In this document: piece by piece, positions 38,401 through 46,800 of the stretch
How the letters are laid out: each line of letters opens with the position of its first letter
Numbering within the stretch: the first letter of the stretch is position 1
Position numbers and translations under genes: made by a program
From: Octopus bimaculoides
Taxonomy: Eukaryota
Length of the DNA: 61,731 nt
NCBI RefSeq assembly: GCF_001194135.2
Contig: NC_068982.1
Coordinates: forward strand, 121,944,550 to 122,006,280
Direction of reading: 5' to 3'
Notes under the pieces: generated by a model
Databases searched by the model: none
What the model was told of the DNA's origin: nothing
The model's input: the letters and a program-made list of their open reading frames with translations, nothing else

Positions 38401-38786
38401 AGTGTCACGCAAATGGCACCCATGCCAGTGGCACATAAAAGCACCCATTACAATCTCGGAGTGATTGGAAAGGCATCCAGCCATAGAAAACCATGCCAAA
38501 TCAGACTGGATCCTGGTGCAGCCTTCCAGCGTGCCAGCTCAGTCAAACCGTCCAACCCATGCCAGCATGGACAATGGACGTTAAATGATGATGATGATGA
38601 TAACATGAATAACTTATGAATAAATAACAATATATACACTTACAATTCTGACAGTACAGACATTTCTGCATAAGTTCTTTGAATAATATAGTCAATAAGA
38701 GTGTTAAGCGCAATACTTCCACCTCCTGTACCTCCCCCTTGTGACGGGCCAGTCGGCATAGGAAGCTGACTGTCAATGGGGGACAT
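1638..38786 (-). CDS. MED14: Mediator of RNA polymerase II transcription subunit 14; spliced CDS, 32 coding exons in window (3096 nt, 1032 aa), 3' part continues beyond position 1
   Basis: Exons in transcript order: 38786-38644, 37727-37701, 36952-36847, 34999-34905, 33464-33386, 32476-32347, 31573-31533, 31264-31177, 29395-29367, 28429-28351, 26560-26517, 25592-25504, 24444-24413, 22538-22426, 21107-21039, 19577-19538, 18604-18479, 16984-16906, 15917-15758, 15590-15392, 14717-14671, 13242-13114, 12046-11970, 10793-10682, 10033-9985, 9234-9097, 8029-7938, 6664-6503, 6072-5998, 5887-5811, 3377-3260, 1889-1638. All introns are GT..AG and all phases join in frame. The peptides match remembered MED14 motifs ([77 protein letters not shown]). 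Confidence 0.96.
2478..2578 (-). repeat. RTE LINE 3'-tail fragment flanked by (TA)n
   Basis: catcatcgtttaacgtccgctttccatgctagcatggg... matches the reverse complement of the 43020-43103 tail. Confidence 0.9.
3260..3377 (-). CDS. MED14: MED14 exon ([39 protein letters not shown])
   Basis: ORF track 3152..3343; U12 branch point upstream; gtaaat donor. Confidence 0.96.
3378..5810 (-). other. MED14: U12-type (minor spliceosome) GT-AG intron of MED14
   Basis: 5'ss GTATCCTTTT; branch point TTCCTTAAC (plus coordinates 3387-3395) 9 nt before the end of the intron; no polypyrimidine tract. Confidence 0.95.
3455..3752 (+). repeat. RTE LINE 3'UTR fragment with (GAT)n tail
   Basis: Near-identical to 42820-43103. 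Confidence 0.92.
5811..5887 (-). CDS. MED14: MED14 exon ([25 protein letters not shown])
   Basis: tacag acceptor; U12 donor GTATCCTTT; F.I.PQS.TH.R..FRN motif. Confidence 0.94.
5998..6072 (-). CDS. MED14: MED14 exon ([25 protein letters not shown])
   Basis: ORF track 5929..6177; ttcag/gtaagt. Confidence 0.92.
6503..6664 (-). CDS. MED14: MED14 exon ([17 protein letters not shown]...QLQEELN...LVQ)
   Basis: tacag/gtaagt; in frame. Confidence 0.92.
6788..7190 (-). mobile_element. tRNA-derived SINE carrying an RTE-type 3' tail; related copies about 24870-25200, 45560-45895, 46780-47215, 60930-61340
   Basis: tRNA-like head (gttaagaagtttgc...ggttcagtcccact), CORE-like ...ttgagcaagt..., and tail acccatgctagcatggaaaa...gttaaatgatgatg. 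Confidence 0.75.
7938..8029 (-). CDS. MED14: MED14 exon (...[15 protein letters not shown]...)
   Basis: tccag/gtaagt; EVR.YNYRKL motif. Confidence 0.94.
9097..9234 (-). CDS. MED14: MED14 exon ([11 protein letters not shown]...LLDEW...[13 protein letters not shown])
   Basis: tttag/gtaagc; in frame. Confidence 0.9.
9985..10033 (-). CDS. MED14: MED14 49-nt exon ([16 protein letters not shown])
   Basis: tttag/gtaaat; matches VFANCP...S.REQG. Confidence 0.9.
10220..10615 (-). mobile_element. Old RTE LINE ORF C-terminal fragment
   Basis: Degenerate reverse-complement similarity to 58540-58860. Confidence 0.6.
10682..10793 (-). CDS. MED14: MED14 exon ([20 protein letters not shown]...NWIVE)
   Basis: ttcag/gtaag; in frame. 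Confidence 0.9.
11970..12046 (-). CDS. MED14: MED14 exon ([17 protein letters not shown]...)
   Basis: tgcag/gtaagt; IPHQG.QV.G.G motif. Confidence 0.93.
13114..13242 (-). CDS. MED14: MED14 exon ([15 protein letters not shown]...[16 protein letters not shown])
   Basis: ORF track 13075..13386; tgcag/gttggt. Confidence 0.9.
14030..14630 (-). repeat. Cluster of RTE 3'UTR fragments. Other approximate copies: 5087-5290, 5530-5745, 16620-16770, 17120-17357, 17816-18025, 22660-22842, 24106-24255, 27258-27440, 30095-30510, 38250-38600, 39633-39697, 43240-43545, 52068-52160
   Basis: Shared ggatgcccttcctaa.gccaaccact, ccatgct.gcatgg and (cat)n motifs. Confidence 0.85.
14671..14717 (-). CDS. MED14: MED14 47-nt exon ([16 protein letters not shown])
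   Basis: ttaag/gtaagt; basic KRK patch as in vertebrate MED14. Confidence 0.85.
15392..15590 (-). CDS. MED14: MED14 exon ([19 protein letters not shown]...GPYATVF)
   Basis: ORF track 15354..15581; taaag/gtgagt. Confidence 0.9.
15758..15917 (-). CDS. MED14: MED14 exon ([16 protein letters not shown]...[17 protein letters not shown])
   Basis: accag/gtatgt; in frame. Confidence 0.9.
16906..16984 (-). CDS. MED14: MED14 exon ([26 protein letters not shown])
   Basis: ORF track 16851..17135; ttcag/gtatgt. Confidence 0.88.
17363..17410. repeat. (TA)n microsatellite. Similar tracts near 24740, 27810, 33920, 35403, 41250, 43775; (GA)n/(GT)n near 11890 and 19850; poly-A at 1122-1159
   Basis: Direct inspection. 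Confidence 0.95.
17411..17772 (-). mobile_element. tRNA-derived SINE (octopus-type, CORE-like); related copies about 4565-4950, 27650-28030, 41880-42190, 47925-48318
   Basis: ccgggttca.tcccactgcgtggcaccttgggcaagtgtcttc head/core, (CA)/(TA) microsatellite, and tail ggtgctccagcatggccgcagtcaaa. Confidence 0.85.
18479..18604 (-). CDS. MED14: MED14 exon ([17 protein letters not shown]...IDIQRG...)
   Basis: tttag/gtaaga; in frame. Confidence 0.88.
19538..19577 (-). CDS. MED14: MED14 40-nt exon ([13 protein letters not shown])
   Basis: ttcag/gtaagt; phase 0-1 fits its neighbours. Confidence 0.82.
19630..19845 (+). mobile_element. Internally deleted mariner element (TIRs plus transposase C-terminus)
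   Basis: TIRs gtgctgaaaagttcctggctt / aagccagggagttttcagcac; internal [21 protein letters not shown]. Confidence 0.85.
21039..21107 (-). CDS. MED14: MED14 exon ([23 protein letters not shown])
   Basis: tgtag/gtaagt; HLSIEKL motif. Confidence 0.93.
21610..21945 (+). mobile_element. tRNA-derived SINE of a further family; other copies about 39405-39600 (-), 47750-47900, 48530-48722 (-)
   Basis: tRNA-like head followed by tgtgttgtg.tcctgagcaagacacttta core; body shared with 39405-39600. Confidence 0.75.
22426..22538 (-). CDS. MED14: MED14 exon (YKLSVHV...KPLQISHIP...LSIR)
   Basis: actag/gtaag; KPLQI.H.P motif. Confidence 0.9.
23075..23990 (+). mobile_element. Decayed mariner transposase relic, with an inverted 5' piece at about 23780-23990
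   Basis: Remnants of SGRP, W.PH.L, TD.KW and N.RPH motifs with many stops. Confidence 0.7.
24413..24444 (-). CDS. MED14: MED14 32-nt microexon ([10 protein letters not shown])
   Basis: ttcag/gtaaga; supplies exactly the phase 2 to phase 1 bridge that the flanking exons require. Confidence 0.82.
25504..25592 (-). CDS. MED14: MED14 exon ([30 protein letters not shown])
   Basis: ttaag/gtaag; in frame. Confidence 0.92.
26517..26560 (-). CDS. MED14: MED14 44-nt exon ([15 protein letters not shown])
   Basis: Peptide matches the remembered vertebrate sequence; U12-like acceptor region; gtatgt donor. Confidence 0.95.
26561..28350 (-). other. MED14: Probable second U12-type intron of MED14 with a non-canonical 5'ss
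   Basis: 5'ss GTATACTTTT (+5 C>A); branch-like TTCCTTAAG (26573-26581) 12 nt before the intron end; no typical polypyrimidine tract. Confidence 0.65.
28351..28429 (-). CDS. MED14: MED14 exon ([26 protein letters not shown])
   Basis: attag acceptor; unusual donor GTATACTTT. Confidence 0.92.
29367..29395 (-). CDS. MED14: MED14 29-nt microexon ([10 protein letters not shown])
   Basis: tgtag/gtaaac; matches DGRALVHSMQ. Confidence 0.9.
31177..31264 (-). CDS. MED14: MED14 exon ([29 protein letters not shown])
   Basis: ttcag/gttggt; the phase-1 end is confirmed by the next exon. Confidence 0.92.
31533..31573 (-). CDS. MED14: MED14 41-nt exon ([14 protein letters not shown])
   Basis: tttag/gtaagt; matches NGRVKF.VE.EFE. 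Confidence 0.93.
32347..32476 (-). CDS. MED14: MED14 exon ([10 protein letters not shown]...[11 protein letters not shown])
   Basis: tttag/gtatgg; in frame. Confidence 0.93.
32548..32983 (-). mobile_element. Internally deleted mariner element
   Basis: TIRs gaaaagttcataggctg / cagcctatgaacttttc; minus-strand [23 protein letters not shown]. Confidence 0.88.
33386..33464 (-). CDS. MED14: MED14 exon ([26 protein letters not shown])
   Basis: tttag/gtaag; near-identical to the conserved MED14 motif. Confidence 0.96.
33945..34190. repeat. Repeat with internal inversion (48-bp inverted arms) inserted in (TA)n
   Basis: 33996-34043 versus 34140-34187 are 47/48 reverse-complementary. Confidence 0.75.
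34905..34999 (-). CDS. MED14: MED14 exon ([32 protein letters not shown])
   Basis: tgtag/gtaagt; in frame; motif similarity. Confidence 0.93.
35646..35744 (-). ncRNA. Type I hammerhead ribozyme motif (Penelope-like/retrozyme type) in a MED14 intron, sense to the pre-mRNA
   Basis: Core CUGAUGA (35734-35728), GAAA (35670-35667), GUA cleavage triplet; stem I of 4 bp + UAA bulge + 6 bp; stem II of 11 bp with an inner GAUCC/GGAUC hairpin; minimal stem III with palindromic CAUAUG. Confidence 0.75.
36847..36952 (-). CDS. MED14: MED14 exon ([35 protein letters not shown])
   Basis: ORF track 36823..37008; ttcag/gtaaat. Confidence 0.97.
37240..37410 (+). mobile_element. Mariner HTH-region fragment
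   Basis: [14 protein letters not shown]...IQADR peptide. Confidence 0.6.
37701..37727 (-). CDS. MED14: MED14 27-nt microexon (LPRKSDMER)
   Basis: tacag/gtaaat, phase 2-2; matches LPRKSDVER of vertebrate MED14. Confidence 0.92.
38644..38786 (-). CDS. MED14: MED14 coding exon 1 (MSPIDSQ...[19 protein letters not shown]); the exon acceptor is at 38814, giving 28 nt of 5'UTR
   Basis: tttcag acceptor, ATG at 38786, gtaagt donor; resembles the MED14 N-terminal LSTLI.F...RAY.EL.VL helix. Confidence 0.9.
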
Positions 38787-41245
38787 CTTGGAAATTCAAA
38801 GTTACAACTCACAGCTGAAAAAATAAAAGATAAATATAGATGAATTTAATACAAAGCAAAATGTAAATCATTTAAAACCAATGAAAAAAAAGTTTAAAAA
38901 CCATTAATAAAAATTAAAAAATTTACTGTGCTTATGTTGTCATTAAGGGTTTAAAAGACAATACAGATTCTTGTACCTTAGTGAATACTATGGTAGCACT
39001 TGATGCAGCTATGCAGTCAATTTTTCAAATGGTAGTTTCCTGCTGTAAACACCCACAAATGAAACAATGTCCCTTATCAGAACATAGGCTGTGTTGCACC
39101 TTTTTTGTTTACTCACACTGATCTTTGCTCTTACATTACCATTTCCTATATTTCGGGATTAACCAAGCAGATTTTTGTCACATTTGCATGTGTCCTAGTA
39201 ACAAAGAGTACCATAAGATAGACCTTTTCATACATACCATTTACAGTCTGGCATGGGTAAACACTGTTGTTATAGACCATTTTACAAATATTGTTAATCT
39301 ATTATTTAAAATTTACAGGAAACTATCATTTTTATCTTGATAACATAAATACAAGACGATGTTATAATAGTGTATTTATATCATAATGTTACTGTAAAAG
39401 ATCCCTTTCAGTCATGAATGACCATACAATTGCACCTAGAAAGTTCCCCTCCAAGGTACAAGTCCGGGCAAGGTTGTTTATGGAAGACCAGAGTCACTCA
39501 TGCATACCAACCTCCCCTCTCTACGCCATTGATGTATCCAAAGGAAAGGAAAAAGCTGATACAGCTTGGCACCAGTGATATCACAACTCATTTCTACAGA
39601 AGGTTTTGACTTGAAGGAAAGCTGGTTCCTTCTATCATCATCATCGTTTAACGTCCGCTTGCCATGCTGGCATGGGTTGGACGGTTTGACTGAGGATCAA
39701 GTTTAGCAAATATAAAGAGGCTTCTTTGTTGGCCTTGTCTCCACAAGATATAGAATACATCATTGTATCCTCAATTACTATTTTGCTCTCACATCCAACA
39801 TTTCAAGAGGGAAGGAACTAATCATAAAAGACAACCTCCGAAATCAACCGTAAATCACTCTTTTCCTTTACGACCAGTATACATCAAAGCAACTGAGCAC
39901 ATACCCGCCTCCAAAACACACTAGAAATTTCTTGTCCTTCAATATATTGAAATCAAATCCTTTTACTCATAGTTAACGATTTATCTACAGTTATTATCCC
40001 TGAATGACTAAATAAAGTATTTTGGATTGCTAAAAACAAAGTAAAGTTGTTTATTCTTCTTGATAGCGGCAAACGATTCAACCTTTGAGAACATTCTAGC
40101 AAAGCTAATCGTCTTTAGATTCCACCTTAGCACTAATCACTGACGGAGCGGTTTGAACCCAATTTCGAGATTCTTTACAAACCGATTTCATTCTCATGCT
40201 AAACTGTCAGACAGTCTTTCATTTAGAGTAGAATTTATCTGTCGGAGAATTCAAGCACGTTACCATCTATAATTGGTTTAAGATGCCATGTAATAAAAAA
40301 CTAAATCTTTGCTTCAATTCTAATAAACAAATCCTAAATAGTTGTAAACATGATTCCATCAAACTTTTTTTAAATAGTAATAAAATAAAATGTTAGATTT
40401 AATAATTAAAATTTAACACAAAACTTATTTCTAGTAACGGAATGTTTTACATCACAGCTAACTTTATATAGAGCATTATTAAAGAATGGTAAAATCTTTT
40501 TTCTTTTAATATGGACAGGTTATTTTAGCCCCCATCCACCCCCATATCCATATCTGATCGAGTTGACCTACAATTAAAGTCGTTCCGATCATAACCATCG
40601 CGTTTTATTCTCTCGAACTTTTCATGTATAGAACAACATTATCTAAACTGTCATTTTATCTTATTTAAAGATGGTATATGATTCGAAGTGAATTAGGTTG
40701 CAATTTCTAGCAGGTCGAGCGAGCGTGTAAGAATCCTCCTCGAAGCTCGTCAATCTGGACAGTTTGCTTGTTTTGTGATTGTCATCTTCATATCAGAAGT
40801 TGCGAAGTTTCGAAAGCATTGCTGTGTTGTTCACAGACGTAGATTTTCGATGGGAAACAGGGAGAAAAATCATCAAGCAAAACTACATTACAAAAATAAA
40901 AGAGCCGTAATAATTCAACACTTTATATGAAAAATAAATAAGAGCCGGCCACTGGAGTAAACAACGAGTTAAACTTATGAACCAGTTTCTATTCTTAATT
41001 ATTTCATATATACGTTATATAGCTCTTGAGAATCTCATTTCTCCTCACCTATATTTTTTTAGAAATTTGTGGGACCTCAACATACCATTTATTATTACAT
41101 CAGTTCAAACTCATGTAATAATGCCTAACAATAACAACATATTGGAATGAAATTCTTTCACTGATAGCTGACGATTTACTACAAAATTAAACACCCTAAA
41201 TAGATATATAATGTATTTACAATAAGCTGAACTCCTGAAAAGTCG

Positions 41246-41285
<40 letters not shown>

Positions 41286-41312
41286 GATAGATATGAAAGA
41301 ATAAGAACGTAC

Positions 41313-41375
41313 CGTGAAAAAAAAAATGCTGCACTTCAGAGAAGAAAGATACGAAGATGCGATTATGCCTCGCAC
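41313..41375 (-). other. MED14: Probable non-coding first exon (5'UTR) of MED14; upstream boundary approximate
   Basis: Minus-strand donor CACG|GTACGT at 41312 in a CpG-enriched patch. The start-codon exon has a true acceptor at 38815, so an upstream exon is required. The pairing of the two is inferred. Confidence 0.6.
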
Positions 41376-41416
41376 TGATGGCGGCTTAGATTTAGCACTT
41401 TGCGCCACCTGCTGGC
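41376..41416. promoter_or_regulatory. Core of a bidirectional promoter with a CTCF consensus site (41402-41415) and a YY1-like ATGGCGG (41378-41384)
   Basis: Minus strand CCAGCAGGTGGCGC fits the CTCF consensus CCASYAGRKGGCRS exactly. It lies between divergent splice donors at 41312 (-) and 41474 (+). Confidence 0.6.
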
Positions 41417-41471
41417 TGATATTCATCAAACGAAGGGGAGGAAACTTTCCTAGTTACTATCAACTTCCACG

Positions 41472-43769
41472 ATGTAAGTGTAACTTGTTTAATTCTTTGT
41501 GGCATTTCTGAACATTGACTGTTTTTAATTGTTAATTGTTATGATTTTACAGTGATGTTAAGATGCATTATGCGTGTTAGATAAATGCCTAAATTTAAAA
41601 ACTCACAAGGTGCTTGATGAACATACTCCGAAGTAAAATGTTACGACTTAGTGGAGCAACATTTCATAAAGGCGGCATATCTTCGGTTTAGTGCCCCCAC
41701 TACCGGTATTTTTTTTTAATGCATGTTTTTAACTGAAATTTTGCAGGCATACGTTATTAAATGCAATATTGATGAAATAAAAACAAAAACTTGTCGATTT
41801 TTTTTACTAACTTGTTCGTGATTATTATACAACTGAAAAAAAAATCGATATTATCTTAATTAATATCATTTATTATTTACTCTTTTACTTATTTAAGTCA
41901 TTTGACTGCGGCCATGCTGGAGCACCGCCTTTAGTCGAGCAAATTGACCCAGGACTTATTCTTTGTAAGCCTAGTACTTATTCTGTCGGTAACTTTTGCC
42001 GAACCGCTAAGTTACGGGGACGTAAACACACCAGCATCAGTTGTCAAGCGATGTTGGGGGGACAAACACACACACATATATATATATACGTATATATGAA
42101 GACACTTGCCAAAAGTGCCACGCAGTGGGACTGAACCCGGAACCATGTGGTTGGTAAGCAAGCTACTAACCACAGCCACTCCTGCGCCAATATAAATTGG
42201 AAGGCTCAATAAAAAATTCCTATTTTCGTTTGGTCTGCAACAATTCAGTATTATTACTGAATGCTTTTGTTTTGCATTGTGTACCCATACTTTTGATTTG
42301 TATTGTAGTTCGCTTTATCGTGCCTTTGACTTTCACGTTGATAATAAATGATATAAAGTAAAGATTATTTGCCAACCTAATGTGGCATCATCTCCAGCTG
42401 ACTATACGACGATATCTCCTAAGCGTCAGTAGTGGTGTGCAAGAGAGACGATTGCGCTGGTTTGGACATGTGGTGAGAATGAATGAGGATAGCTGCGTGA
42501 AAAAGTGCCACTCCCTAACAGTTGAGGGAACCCGTGGAAGAGGTAGGCCCAGGAAGACCTGGGCTGAGGTGGTGAGGCAAGACCTTCGAACATTGGGCCT
42601 CACCGAGGTGATGACTACTGACCGAGACCTTTGGAAATGTGCTGTGCGTGAGAAGACCCGGCAAGCCAAGTGAGATCGTTGCCAGTNNNNNNNNNNNNNN
42701 NNNNNNNNNNNNNNNNNNNNNNNNNNNNNNNNNNNNNNNNNNNNNNNNNNNNNNNGGTGGCACATAAGATGTACCATCCTGAGCGTGACCGTTGCCAGTA
42801 CCGCCTGACTGGCCTTGTAGGGTTTTCGAGCGAGACCGTTGCCAGTGCCCCTGGATTGGCTCTTGTGCAGGTGGCACATAAAAGACACCATTTCGAGCGT
42901 GGCCGTTTTCGTGCGGGTGACACGTAAAAGCACCCACTACACTCTCTGAGTGGTTGGCGTTAGGAAGGGCATCCAGCTGTAGAAACTCTGCCAAATTAGA
43001 TTGGAGCCTGGTGTAGCCATCCGGTTGCACCAGTCCTCAGTCAAATCGTCCAACCCATGCTAGCATGGAAAGCGGATGTTAAACGATGATGATGATGATG
43101 ATGTACATAAAAGCATTGATAAGTATTCACGTTCACATACTTTTCATGTACAAACATGTGCACACACTTATGTACATGCACATCCACATATATAAAAAAA
43201 AGATGCACATAAAAACATACATATATATATATATGCTCATCCATGCTGGCATGGGTTGGACGGTTTGACTGGGCTAGTATGCTGGAAGGCTGCAACACGC
43301 TCCAGTGGCTTTCTACGGCTGGATGCTCTTCCTAACATCAAGCACTCCGAGAGTGTAATGGGTGCTTTTACATGTCACTGGCACGGGTGCCATTTGTGTG
43401 ACACCAGTATTTGCCATGACTGCGATTTTACTTGGTTTCATGGGTCTTCTCAAGCACGACATAATGCCAAAGGTCTTGGTCATTGCCTCCGTGAGGCCCA
43501 ACACTCGAAAGGAATGCTAGCCACTTTGCCTCCATGAGGCCCAACGCTGCTGATATATATATATATTCATATTCAGTTAAATGAAAGCAAGAAAATGGAG
43601 AGTTAATAATAATTATCTATTATTAAAAAATTGGTAATCTTTATTTCTTATAGCTGTTTCCATTAGTACTCAATAGGTAAATTACAAATTTATGCTTCAA
43701 ATTTGCATTTATATGTTATTAGCATAATTTCATCAAAGAAAGACATACATTAAGATATTACATGCCGAC

Positions 43770-43812
<43 letters not shown>

Positions 43813-46800
43813 GTATGTATGTGAGTGTGTGTAAACCCTCTAAGAATCCATAAGTCAGGAAAAAATGCTCTCCTATATCTGTTAGTAGAGTGGGTATGTT
43901 AATCAAAGTGTACGGTATTATGTATTGCACCTGATCTTACCAATCAGTTTTGCACTAGGTGTTCAACGGAGTGTCAGGTAACAGTTCGATTAAGTAATTC
44001 TGTGCTTTTAAGAGTTGGCATTTAATACTTCATTTCATAACTACCATCTCAGAAGAGTACTGCATTACATAATCGGACTGTTACTTAACACTCCATGGAA
44101 CTCCTAATGCGAAACTGATTGGTAAGATTAGCCATAATGGATTTTGTGTTTGTGTCCCTGTAACTTTGCGGTTCAGCAAATATCTACAGTATAAGTACCA
44201 GGATTTAAGAAAGTACTAGAGTCAATTCATTTGACTAAAAATTCTCAAATCAAAGCCCCAGCATGGCTGCAGTCTAATTATTGAAACAAGTAAATAAAAA
44301 AAAGATAAAGTTATGGTGAAAACAGAGATAGGAGGGCACTAAACCGTAGTTATGTCCTACTGAGGCTATGCACTGCATGCCTTTCACTTTCATGTTGATC
44401 AGGATAATAATATCAATTTTTAAGTTGTGCAATGATCAAGAGCCAAGTTGTAGGATGGTTTTAAGTATAAACTTCTTTTCCGTGTAAAAGAAAATATGAA
44501 AAAAATTTATAAAAAATTTATCAATCAAAATTTTCATCATCTACACTTTGAAAATGTATTCAGGAAAAATTCATTTAAAAATTCCACTAAAATATATCTA
44601 TTATTAAGAAGATTATGTAAAAAAAAAAAAAAGTCCCTCATTCACCAAATGCTTCATATCAGAGAAAGACTGACGCTATGAAAGTGTTGCCCCAGCATGG
44701 CCGCAGCTCTTGTGCTAAAGCGATTAAAACAGTACACACACACACCAACACATATGAATATTCATGCACAAATAACTATGTGTACATAAATGTTCATATA
44801 TATTGATATATGCATGCATCTATATAACACGCAACGTACAGAATACATCCACATATATACACAGCTCACAACCACATACTTCTCATATGACGTATTTACG
44901 CAACTCTATTTCGATATAAATATGTCGGATGTACTTTTCTAATACTTCCTTAGTTGTTCTCCAGTTTGACAAACTTTTAAGAAGCATTAAACCCTTCTGC
45001 AAGTACGCCCACGAACACGCTCATATACATACACAAAAAGCACATACATACATAAAATGTACTTAGGTCATAGGGGACCTAAGAAATTGGTTGGTGAATA
45101 GTTTCCTCTTTTTACCTAATGTAGATACCACCTCTCAGACTGTTGCTTGAGTTTCAGCACATATGAGATACCCTTACAAAACTTATGCCATTACAACACA
45201 GAAGATCCCCACTACCCAATCTATTCCATAATTTGGTTTTTTATCAGGGGTAGGGGAACAAAAATAGGATTTAAGCTAAATCCTTTACTTCCCTAAAGAG
45301 TACTCCTTATGCATCTGCTTATCAATAAAGGCTTCACCATAACTCTAGGGGAGTTTTACTTTTTGATCCCTAATTTTTCACTTGTGAATATGAAGAGTAA
45401 ACGCATTGTATTGGCAGATTCTATGAGCAGTAGCAGCAGCAGGTCAATTCTAATCAAGCAGACCTATAATGAACAGGCATTCCAGCCATGACAATCACAT
45501 CTTTGTTTTCTTCAAATGATGAATTAGCTCAGTGTTCAGAGCACAAGTCAAACTGCGTTGCAATATTTGTTCCAACTCTCTACACTCTTTTTGCATTTAA
45601 TAATTCTTTCAGGGGTGATAAAGTTAAAATATACCAGTCCAAGTTGTTCGTACAAATACACTGACTATGTATATATGTTTGTATTACTATCTCCTTGCCT
45701 TTCATCATGTGATAGTTGTAAGCAGTGTCCTTCATTTCAGAGACACGTCTAGTCATGGGGAAAAATTACCTTCCTTGGAAAATAGATGAGGGTTGGTGAT
45801 AGGAAACGCATCCAGTTGTTGAAAATCTGTCTCAACTAATTTCATGTGACCCATGCAATCATGGAAAAGTAGACATTAAAATGATGATGACAACAACAAC
45901 TCTCTGTTAACTGTTTTTATTTACAAATTAATGTGTTAATCATTTGCATGAGAATGTATTCAAATGATTCTTGCAACCAGAACTTACATTATGTTCTTTG
46001 TAAGTAATTATTCTTTGCTACTCTTTTTTTTTTTCTCATTTTGCAGGCCAGCACCAAGTACCTTATCAAATTGGTCAATGTATAGATTACTTGAATTATC
46101 GTCAGTTAACTGCCTATTTGTAATTGATGCCATTAAATATTTATACCCACAATTGAATTCAAGTTGTCCTGATGACTGTAAAATAGATAAACTGCAAGAC
46201 TTCCATAAACAATTTTCAACTATACACTCAATTCATAGTTGTAAAAATTTTGAAAATATCAAAGAACATGATTTTAATTGGTTTATTAATTTATATTCCA
46301 AGTAAGTTTCCTATTTTTAAAAAAATTTTCTTGTACTTTTTAACATTCATTTTTTCAATGCTGGCTTGTGTATAATTTCTTTTGTGTTATTGTACACATG
46401 AACATGTTGGTACTCATTTCCAAAATGGAAATAAGTACCAACACTTGAACAATTGTGAAGATCTTTTCACATGAAATCATTGGTAGCCTTGTTAACCCAC
46501 AAATAAACATATATATATATTTTGAAGGTTGTCTGTTATGGCCAGTCAGAGAGTGACCATTGGTTTTGCACTTAGCTGTATAGGCAACTCATCAGATGTA
46601 CTTTCAACCATTTGAGTCTGACAAGTCACCTATACAGTTAAGCAAAACGAATGGTCTCTCTCTGACTGCATATAACAAACAACCTACTAAATATACTACT
46701 GCTCTAATGTGTTAGAGTGTGCTTTTTTTTGGTGGGGGGGATATATGAACTACTGATACACACACTAACACATAGGGGCAGATATAACTCTGTGGTTAGG

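Noticed and set aside
38977-39270. Possible extra MED14 5'UTR exons (minus-strand donors near 38976 and 39236)
   Set aside because: Splice-like motifs alone in AT-rich DNA are insufficient without transcript data.
41314-41511. ORF-track 65-aa ORF / MPRTDGG... frame
   Set aside because: Spliced to exon 2 it stops after about 26 codons. It overlaps the promoter and is out of frame with the long downstream ORF.
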